Below, piece after piece: positions 15,446 through 21,889 of a stretch of 29,326 nt of DNA. Source of the stretch: an uncultured Clostridia bacterium (GTDB lineage Bacteria; Bacillota; Clostridia; Christensenellales; Borkfalkiaceae). The notes beneath the pieces are model-generated. The model worked only from the letters and a program-made list of their open reading frames with translations. It had not been told where the DNA came from and did not search any database. The DNA is taken from NCBI GenBank assembly GCA_947177495.1, contig CAMWUS010000001.1, forward strand, positions 1 to 29,326, read 5' to 3'. Position 1 is the stretch's first letter, and each line of letters starts with the position of its first letter. The position numbers were made by a program, and so were the translations under genes.

Positions 15446-16504
15446 ATGCCCAATTTTTACAGGGACGTGCTCGACGGCGTGCCTACGGCGGCAATCGTTG
15501 TCGATAAAAATTTCAAAGTGCGGTATACCAACCGCGCCTTTCGGGAGTACTTCCGCTCGCAACGCGCGCGCGGAAGTTTTCGCGATATTATTTCCTGCGG
15601 CGAGCATGAGTCCGCTTGCGGGAAGGGGGTAAAGTGCGTATACTGCCCCATGCGCGGCGTGTTTTCCGACGCGCGCAAGGCGGGGGGGAAAGCCTTCCGC
15701 AAACTCATCGTGCGCGGCGACGGGGAAGATCTATCGCTTACCATTAAAATTCAACCGCTCGGGAAGTACTATCTCGGCATTGTAGACAATGCTTACGAAA
15801 CGGAAATTGCGCGGGAGATGTACAACGCGCAGGACATTCAACAGCGGCTTTTGCCGCCCGCACGCGGCGGGAACGGCACGCCGTATTCTTTCTTGTACAT
15901 TCCCTGTCGGGAAATCGGCGGCGACTTGCCCGACGTGTATCAAGTGAACGGCGACACGATGGGACTGCTTGCCGACGTTTCGGGCAAAGGTATTTCCGCG
16001 GGTATGCTTTCCGCATTCGTAAAAGCGGGTTGGGACAGGAGCGAGCCTTCGCCCGCCCGTGCCATTCGCGGACTGAATGCAAAATTTCAGGAGCTCAATT
16101 TGGACGAGCGTTCCTACGTGACGGGGGCGGCAGTCCGTATCGACCGCAACCGCCGCGAAATTATTTACAGCGTTGCGGGGCACAATGCGCCGTTGCTGTT
16201 AAAGAGCACGCTCGGCATCGACGAAATCGTGATGAATTCCCCGCCCGTCTCCACTTGGATTCCCGACTTTTCGTACGAGGACAGGGCAATCGGTTATTCC
16301 TCGGGCGATATCTTGGTCATGCTGACCGACGGCGTTTTGGAGAGCCGAAACGCCAAAGGGGAGCAATTCTCTTTGGAGCGCGTAGAGGGCATATTGCAAA
16401 AGTCGGAAAACGCGGAACGCTTTATCGAACGGCTGAAAGCGGTGCTGAAAGAATTTTGCGGAACTTTTGCCGACGACTTGACCGCCGTCGCGTTTGATTT
16501 GTAA
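15446..16504 (+). CDS. PAS-domain PP2C/SpoIIE (RsbU-like) Ser/Thr phosphatase
   Basis: N-terminal PAS-like segment (LDGVPTAAIVVD...YTNRAF); QQRLLP, IGGD, ADVSGKG, AGHNAP, LTDGVLE and C-terminal DDLT. Confidence 0.88.
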   Translation: MPNFYRDVLDGVPTAAIVVDKNFKVRYTNRAFREYFRSQRARGSFRDIISCGEHESACGKGVKCVYCPMRGVFSDARKAGGKAFRKLIVRGDGEDLSLTIKIQPLGKYYLGIVDNAYETEIAREMYNAQDIQQRLLPPARGGNGTPYSFLYIPCREIGGDLPDVYQVNGDTMGLLADVSGKGISAGMLSAFVKAGWDRSEPSPARAIRGLNAKFQELNLDERSYVTGAAVRIDRNRREIIYSVAGHNAPLLLKSTLGIDEIVMNSPPVSTWIPDFSYEDRAIGYSSGDILVMLTDGVLESRNAKGEQFSLERVEGILQKSENAERFIERLKAVLKEFCGTFADDLTAVAFDL

Positions 16505-16519
16505 GAGAATTAAAATCCT

Positions 16520-16728
16520 TTCCGCGAGGCGGGTTACCCGCCGCTGCGGGACGGCATTTGTCGAACTCATTCGACTTATACAGGAAGGGTGAATGCGGGC
16601 GGAGTAAATGGTGCGCCCTTAAAAATCCGCCCGCAGAGTGGAAATACTCGTCTGTTAGCGCGGAGCGCGTGCAGACGCGGTTTCCCTCAAATCACGAACT
16701 TTTCTTTGCGCGTCAAGCAAAGAAAAGT
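16520..16728. other. Unassigned highly structured GC-rich intergenic region (candidate ncRNA or miniature repeat)
   Basis: Five consecutive inverted repeats, detailed in findings; no match to the riboswitch consensuses I can recall. Confidence 0.4.
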
Positions 16729-16742
16729 GTGAAGGAGTTTTT

Positions 16743-17279
16743 ATGAAGAAAGTTGTGATTGCTTCCGATATTCACGGTTCGGCGTATTACTGCCAAAAGA
16801 TGAAGGAGCGTTTTTTGGAAGAGGGCGCGGGAAAGCTCGTGTTGCTCGGCGACTTACTTTATCACGGTGCGCGCAACGCTTTGCCCAAGGAATACGATAC
16901 GCTTAAAACTGCGGAGATTCTCAATTCGCTCAAAGAGCACATTGTGTGCGTGCGGGGCAACTGCGACAGCGACGTAGACGGCATGGTATTGGAATTTCCC
17001 ATTCGCGCCGAGTTCGCGCTTCTGCCGCTTGAAAAGGGGAGTTTGATTTTTACGCACGGGCACTTGCAGCCCGCCGTTTTGGGCAAGGACGATATTCTCG
17101 TAAACGGGCATTTCCACGTTCCCGCGTTCGAACAGCGCGAAAATTACCGCTATGCAAATTGCGGATCGGTGTCCATTCCCAAAGAAAATTCGCCCCATTC
17201 CTACCTTGTACTTGAAGACAACGTTTTGCGTTGGAAAAACGTTGAAACGGGCGCATGCTTCCGCGAGGAACGCATTTAA
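16743..17279 (+). CDS. Metallophosphoesterase, YfcE/MJ0936 family phosphodiesterase
   Basis: IASDIHGS, LLGDLLYHGARN, VRGNCDS, THGH, NGHFH, NCGSVSIPK; SD AAGGAG. Confidence 0.92.
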   Translation: MKKVVIASDIHGSAYYCQKMKERFLEEGAGKLVLLGDLLYHGARNALPKEYDTLKTAEILNSLKEHIVCVRGNCDSDVDGMVLEFPIRAEFALLPLEKGSLIFTHGHLQPAVLGKDDILVNGHFHVPAFEQRENYRYANCGSVSIPKENSPHSYLVLEDNVLRWKNVETGACFREERI

Positions 17280-17310
17280 GGCGATTTTGCATAAAATTTA
17301 GGTAAAAGGC

Positions 17311-17339
17311 TTGACAACCTGCGCAAATGATACTATAAT
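17311..17339 (+). promoter_or_regulatory. Perfect-consensus sigmaA promoter
   Basis: TTGACA(17311-17316)-N17-TATAAT(17334-17339). Confidence 0.85.
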
Positions 17340-17480
17340 GAAATTGCAAAACCAAGAAAAAGAGTTATCAGATAGGTTATTGAAAAAATTACGCGATAAT
17401 ACTTTGTGTGCGGAGAATTAAACGGTAATTACATTTGTCGGAATGATAAATGTTTTATAAAAAATTATGGAGGAACAAAA

Positions 17481-17714
17481 ATGTCAGTAGTAAGCGGTTT
17501 CAAAAGTTTGCCGAGGCTCATTCAGATTATTCTGCTCTTAATCCCCGGCGTGAACTGGGTGACGGAGATTGTGGTTCGTGTATCTGCGGCACTTCACGGA
17601 AAAGCATTTGCACAAGTTATTTTTGTGATATTAGCCATCCTTCCCACAGGTATTATCCTTGGTTGGCTTGACTTATTCTCTTGCTTATTCCGCAAGAAGT
17701 TAATTCTTACTTAA
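17481..17714 (+). CDS. Small (77 aa) hydrophobic membrane protein of unknown function
   Basis: SD GGAGG then ATG 17481; two to three hydrophobic segments; flanked by its own promoter and terminator. Confidence 0.8.
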   Translation: MSVVSGFKSLPRLIQIILLLIPGVNWVTEIVVRVSAALHGKAFAQVIFVILAILPTGIILGWLDLFSCLFRKKLILT

Positions 17715-17732
17715 TTTCTTAAAAATGACACA

Positions 17733-17772
17733 TTAAACAAGTCCGAATGAAGGTTCGGACTTGTTTAATTTT
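17733..17772 (+). terminator. Terminator after the small membrane protein gene
   Basis: TTAAACAAGTCCGAA-tgaagg-TTCGGACTTGTTTAA followed by T-rich sequence. Confidence 0.85.
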
Positions 17773-17799
17773 GGCAACAAATGATTGTTTTCATAATGA

Positions 17800-17847
17800 A
17801 TAAATAAAACAAAAGCGCACTGCCTTGCTTGCAAGGTATAGTGCGCT
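17800..17847 (-). terminator. Terminator of the MDR-cls-HAD operon
   Basis: AGCGCACT...AGTGCGCT stem with an inner GCCTTGC/GCAAGGT stem; T-rich tail on the minus strand. Confidence 0.65.
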
Positions 17848-17919
17848 ATATTTATGTGGGAAAATTTCCTATGGGAACTACGGTAATTCTCGCGTCTTTT
17901 TCTTTTGCTTTATGTATTG

Positions 17920-18711
17920 TTACATGTCCAACAGTTCGCGGATTTTTAAAATCACGCCGTTGTCGTCGTTGGAGGGCACCGTTTGCCCGATTTGCTCTTT
18001 GAGCGGTTCGTATGCGTTTTCGGGAACAAACGCTCGCCCGCATTCCAAGAGCATTCCGTAGTCGTTCATGTGGTCGCCGAACGCGACGCACTCTTCGCGC
18101 TCCAACCCGAAGTGTTTACGCAAAAAGCGAACGGCTTCGCCCTTGTCCGCCTCGGGTGCGGAAACGTCGCACCAATCGTAACCCGAAAGAATGGTGCGCA
18201 AATGCGGCAAACGCGGAGGCAAAAGCTTCATGCAGTGTTCCGCCGCCCCGAGTTCGTCGTATACGGCAATCTTGCAAACGTCCTCTTTCCCGATTACGCC
18301 GTCGAGATTGTCGACCTCTTCGCAGGCGGTGTAAGCCGCGCGCGCATAGGTGCGGAAGGGCTCTTCGCGGTTTTCGATGTAAGCGGAGCGAACGCCGCAT
18401 AGCATGGGATAGAGGTGGGGAATGGCGCGGATCTCGTCGAGTGCGCGCTTGATGTACTTGTTGGGGATAGGGTCTAAGAAGAGGGTTTCGCCGCGGTATT
18501 TCACAAGCGCGCCGTTCTCGCAGATGAACGCGACCTTGTCGGCAACGGGTGCAAAGAATTCCAAAAGGCTTGCGTATTGCCTGCCGCTCGCGGGAGAGAA
18601 GATCACGCCTTTTTCGCACATTTTTTCTATGAGCGGAAAAATCTCCTGCGGGAGATTTTTTTCGCTGTCGAGCAACGTTCCGTCCAAATCGCTGGCGATG
18701 AACTTGATCAT
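17920..18711 (-). CDS. Cof-type HAD-IIB hydrolase
   Basis: IASDLDGTLL, ASGR, ENGA, DKGEA, AFGDHMNDYGM. Confidence 0.95.
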   Translation of the reverse strand: MIKFIASDLDGTLLDSEKNLPQEIFPLIEKMCEKGVIFSPASGRQYASLLEFFAPVADKVAFICENGALVKYRGETLFLDPIPNKYIKRALDEIRAIPHLYPMLCGVRSAYIENREEPFRTYARAAYTACEEVDNLDGVIGKEDVCKIAVYDELGAAEHCMKLLPPRLPHLRTILSGYDWCDVSAPEADKGEAVRFLRKHFGLEREECVAFGDHMNDYGMLLECGRAFVPENAYEPLKEQIGQTVPSNDDNGVILKIRELLDM

Positions 18712-18738
18712 AAACTTTCCTCTTGTAAAAGTTTTTCG

Positions 18739-20163
18739 CTATAAGAATGGTAAAAAGAGCTGTACGAACATGCGCGCAATGCGCGTAAAAAAGCGTTCGC
18801 GGGGGACGGGCGTTCCCGTTTCCCACGCCTGCGAAAAATCGCGCTCCACGTCGGCGGCAAACGCTTCGTCCCGTGCGAGCAGTCCGCATTCCGCCTGCAA
18901 ATACAGGCTTCGGTAATCGAGGTTATAGGAGGATACGAAAGCGTATTCTCCGTCCGCCGTCGCGCACTTGGCGTGCAAAAATCCGTCGGTATATTCGCGT
19001 ACCTGTGCGCCCGCCTTTTGAAGTTCGCGCGCAAAATGGCGGGTAAGCAAAAAGGGCAGTTTTTTGTCGGGGATATGCGGAATCATTAACCGTACTTCCA
19101 CCCCTGCGGCGACTGCACGTTTGATTTCGCGTATCAAAATGCCGTCGGGTGCAAGATAGGGGGTGAAAAAAGTAACGCTCTTTTTTGCGGAATTTACAAG
19201 CGTGCTCACCGTGCCCGCACCCGCCCGCAATACGCAGTCCTCGGCATTGTCGGCAATCACCGCGCAGGGAATGTGTTCCTTTTCGCTTTTTGCGGGGGAA
19301 GGCGGTTGCTTGCCGATCGTCTTTCCGATGAGCTCCGCAAATACGGCGGCGGGCTGCCCCGTTACGCGCACGGCGGTATCTTTCCAATTCCCGAACCGTA
19401 TCTTTTCGCCCGTGTATTCGTCGGCGAGATTCACGCCGCCCGTGTATGCAATCGCGCCGTCTATTACGGCGATTTTGCGGTGGTTGCGGCGGTTGACGGC
19501 GCGCAGAGCCGTGGTGAGCGGGCGCGCTTCCTGCGTATGAATGCCCGCCGCGTTGAGTTGGCGCACGTCCTTTGCGGAGAGCGTGAGCGAACTGCCGAAG
19601 CCGTCGTATAAAAGGCGCACGTCTACACCCTCTTCCGCCTTTTTGCGCAATGCGAAAAACAGACGGTTAAACAGCGCGCCGCGCGCAACGATATAGTATT
19701 CGAGCCAAATATAAGATTGGGCAGAGAGGATATCGTTTAATAGGGCGCGGAAGCTTTCTTTTCCCGTGGGGAAATAACAAATCCCGCTTGCGCGGGTAAT
19801 GCGGGAGCCCGTGAAGGGTGCGGCATATGCCGCCGCTTTTGAAAGGATACCGTCTTCGTCCTCGTCAGAGTAGGGCAACGGGGTTACCGCGCGGGGCTTT
19901 CTACGCCATAAAATACATAAAATCGCCCCCGTCCAGGGGAGCAGGAGCAATAACACGAGTTTGGAAAGCTTGCTCTCGGGCGTATCGCACGAGAGGACGA
20001 CGGCAATTCCCGTGAACAGGGAAACAAGCCGTTCGAGCGCGGCGAGCGGAGCGAGCCACCGCGGAAGATAGAGGGCGAGCAGGGCAATCCCCGCCGCCCA
20101 AAGAAGCGCAATCAGCGCGCACGGAAAGAGTTTTCCGCGCAGAAAATTCCGTACTTTTTTCAT
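18739..20163 (-). CDS. cls: Cardiolipin synthase / phospholipase D family
   Basis: N-terminal TM segments; two HKD motifs (NHRKIAVIDG, LHAKCATADG); GGVNLADEY; FTPYL; SSYNLDYRS. Confidence 0.85.
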   Translation of the reverse strand: MKKVRNFLRGKLFPCALIALLWAAGIALLALYLPRWLAPLAALERLVSLFTGIAVVLSCDTPESKLSKLVLLLLLPWTGAILCILWRRKPRAVTPLPYSDEDEDGILSKAAAYAAPFTGSRITRASGICYFPTGKESFRALLNDILSAQSYIWLEYYIVARGALFNRLFFALRKKAEEGVDVRLLYDGFGSSLTLSAKDVRQLNAAGIHTQEARPLTTALRAVNRRNHRKIAVIDGAIAYTGGVNLADEYTGEKIRFGNWKDTAVRVTGQPAAVFAELIGKTIGKQPPSPAKSEKEHIPCAVIADNAEDCVLRAGAGTVSTLVNSAKKSVTFFTPYLAPDGILIREIKRAVAAGVEVRLMIPHIPDKKLPFLLTRHFARELQKAGAQVREYTDGFLHAKCATADGEYAFVSSYNLDYRSLYLQAECGLLARDEAFAADVERDFSQAWETGTPVPRERFFTRIARMFVQLFLPFL

Positions 20164-20204
20164 TATGTACAGCGCTGCTTGCGTTGCCCCGTAAGGGGGA
20201 AATT

Positions 20205-21215
20205 TTAAAGCAACTTAATGTAATCGAAGCTCATGGTGTCGCGTTCCTCGCGGGAGACGAAGTCGCGAATGAGATTGCCGACTTCGTTTTCCTTTGCGGA
20301 ATGTGCGGTAAAGCAATCGATATTTACCGCTTTTTGCGCGAACAGGTTGATTGCGTTCGTTAAATAGTCGGCGCAGTTGGAAATGCATTCCACGGTGAGC
20401 TGTTTTCTAAGCGCCGTGTTCAAATCCATGCGGACGTCGCAAGGGGGGAGCCCCGTTACCACGACGCGCCCTTCGTGGCGGCAGCAGGAGAAGGGAAGCT
20501 CGGGATCGTTACCCGAAGCGCCCGTTACGAATACCGTTCCGTCGGCGAGCCGTCCGCCCGTTACCGCGCCGATATTGTCTAAAAGATCTTCGTCGGCGAG
20601 CGCGGTGTAATAAATGCCCGCGTTGCGTGCGAAGTTCAAGCGCGAAGCCTTTGCGTCTACAAGCATGGGCGAGGTCTGCTGATAAATAAGCAATTGACTG
20701 ATGAGAATGCCGAGAATGTTTGCGCCCACGACCGCGATATGCTGTCCCTTTTGGGCGTCGAGAATATCCACCGTCGCCTTGGCGAACGCTACGTGGTGCA
20801 AAAGGAGCGCTTGCTCGTCGCCCACGGAGTCGGGCAGAGCGGTCATTTCATCGGGAGAAAGATACACGATGTCCCGCATGAATCCGTCGCAGGAGCGACC
20901 GCAGGTCAAATAGTCGTCTTCGGAGAAATCCTTTTTCGCCGTGCCCGTATCGGGTGCGGGGAGAAACGCGTGCAGTACCACGCGCGTTCCCTTGGGGAAA
21001 AACGCGTTGCCGCCCTCTTCCGCAATGATGCCGATTGCAAAGCACCCCGGAATAATGGGGTATTTGATTTTCGCTGCACCGCGCAGGACTGCGATGTCGG
21101 AATCGCACAGTAAAACTTTTGTTACGCGAACTTTGAGTTTGCCCGGAACAGGTTCGGGCAAAGGTTCGTCCGCACGGGTAAGTTTTTCCGCGTCGGTAAG
21201 TTTCCAAACGTTCAT
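20205..21215 (-). CDS. Medium-chain dehydrogenase/reductase-fold protein with atypical zinc ligands
   Basis: GroES-like N-domain (VRVTKVLLCDSD, YPIIPG) and Rossmann domain (IAVVGANILG, ADGTV...G.VVVTG); SD AAGGAGG. Confidence 0.8.
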   Translation of the reverse strand: MNVWKLTDAEKLTRADEPLPEPVPGKLKVRVTKVLLCDSDIAVLRGAAKIKYPIIPGCFAIGIIAEEGGNAFFPKGTRVVLHAFLPAPDTGTAKKDFSEDDYLTCGRSCDGFMRDIVYLSPDEMTALPDSVGDEQALLLHHVAFAKATVDILDAQKGQHIAVVGANILGILISQLLIYQQTSPMLVDAKASRLNFARNAGIYYTALADEDLLDNIGAVTGGRLADGTVFVTGASGNDPELPFSCCRHEGRVVVTGLPPCDVRMDLNTALRKQLTVECISNCADYLTNAINLFAQKAVNIDCFTAHSAKENEVGNLIRDFVSREERDTMSFDYIKLL

Positions 21216-21376
21216 AAAGCCTCCTTCACAAATTTTCTTGTAGCCAAGAAAATTTTGTGAGCTTGTAACTTTGTTCTTTCAATCAATATACAGGAGCGTT
21301 GCGCTCTTTATTTTTATAGGTATGCAGTAAATAGCGTTTCGCTTAGTATCTGCATTTTCGGATAGATTATAGGGAT

Positions 21377-21405
21377 ATTATACCCCTTTCGCTAAATTTT
21401 GGCAA
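21377..21405 (-). promoter_or_regulatory. sigmaA promoter of the MDR-cls-HAD operon
   Basis: TTGCCA-N17-TATAAT on the minus strand. Confidence 0.7.
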
Positions 21406-21495
21406 GCGTTTGCACCTGAAAACCCGATTTTCGCTCCTTGGGCGGAAAATTCCGCGCGGGGGCGTTAAGTTTTTTCGTTTGCGCCGCCAAATCAG

Positions 21496-21524
21496 TTGAC
21501 GAACGCAAAAAAAACGGATATAAT
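21496..21524 (+). promoter_or_regulatory. sigmaA promoter of rpmE
   Basis: TTGACG-N17-TATAAT. Confidence 0.8.
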
Positions 21525-21564
21525 AAAGTATGCTATTTAGAATTTCCGAGTGAGGTGAACGAAT

Positions 21565-21768
21565 ATGAAAGCGGATATTCATCCCAAATACCACGAAGTA
21601 ACGGTCGTTTGCGCCTGCGGCGAGACCTTTAAAACGGGTACCACCAAGGACGTTGAGATCATGAAGGTTGATATTTGCAGCAAGTGCCACCCGTTCTTCA
21701 CGGGCAGGCAGAAGCTTGTCGATACCGGCGGACGTGTGGATAAGTTCAAAAAGAGATACGGTATCTGA
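21565..21768 (+). CDS. rpmE: 50S ribosomal protein L31 (Zn-binding type A)
   Basis: [32 protein letters not shown]; SD GAGGTG. Confidence 0.98.
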   Translation: MKADIHPKYHEVTVVCACGETFKTGTTKDVEIMKVDICSKCHPFFTGRQKLVDTGGRVDKFKKRYGI

Positions 21769-21795
21769 GCGGGGCGCGAAAGCGCGCCGTACCCC

Positions 21796-21830
21796 AAACA
21801 GCCTCCGAAAGAAGAGGTTGTTTTGTTTAT
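21796..21830 (+). terminator. Probable terminator after rpmE
   Basis: AAACAGCCTC / GAGGTTGTTT stem (with G-U pairs) followed by a T-rich tail; preceded by a GCGC-GAAA-GCGC hairpin. Confidence 0.55.
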
Positions 21831-21889
21831 TGTGGCGTTTTGAAAAGAACGAACATAATTAGAGGGAATATTTCAGAGGCTATAAGAGA

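Noticed and set aside
16559-16565. Perfect Spo0A box (TGTCGAA) in the structured intergenic region
   Set aside because: A single 7-mer is expected by chance and no associated promoter was identified; not reported as a site.
16520-16728. Assignment of the structured region to a known riboswitch, 6S, SRP or RNase P RNA
   Set aside because: The diagnostic conserved sequences I recall for these families are absent, and the hairpins are serial rather than one 6S-like rod. Left unassigned pending an Rfam search.
17338-17421. 27-codon ORF in the leader of the small membrane gene (possible leader peptide)
   Set aside because: Its ATG overlaps the -10 box, so it lies upstream of the predicted TSS and would not be on the transcript.
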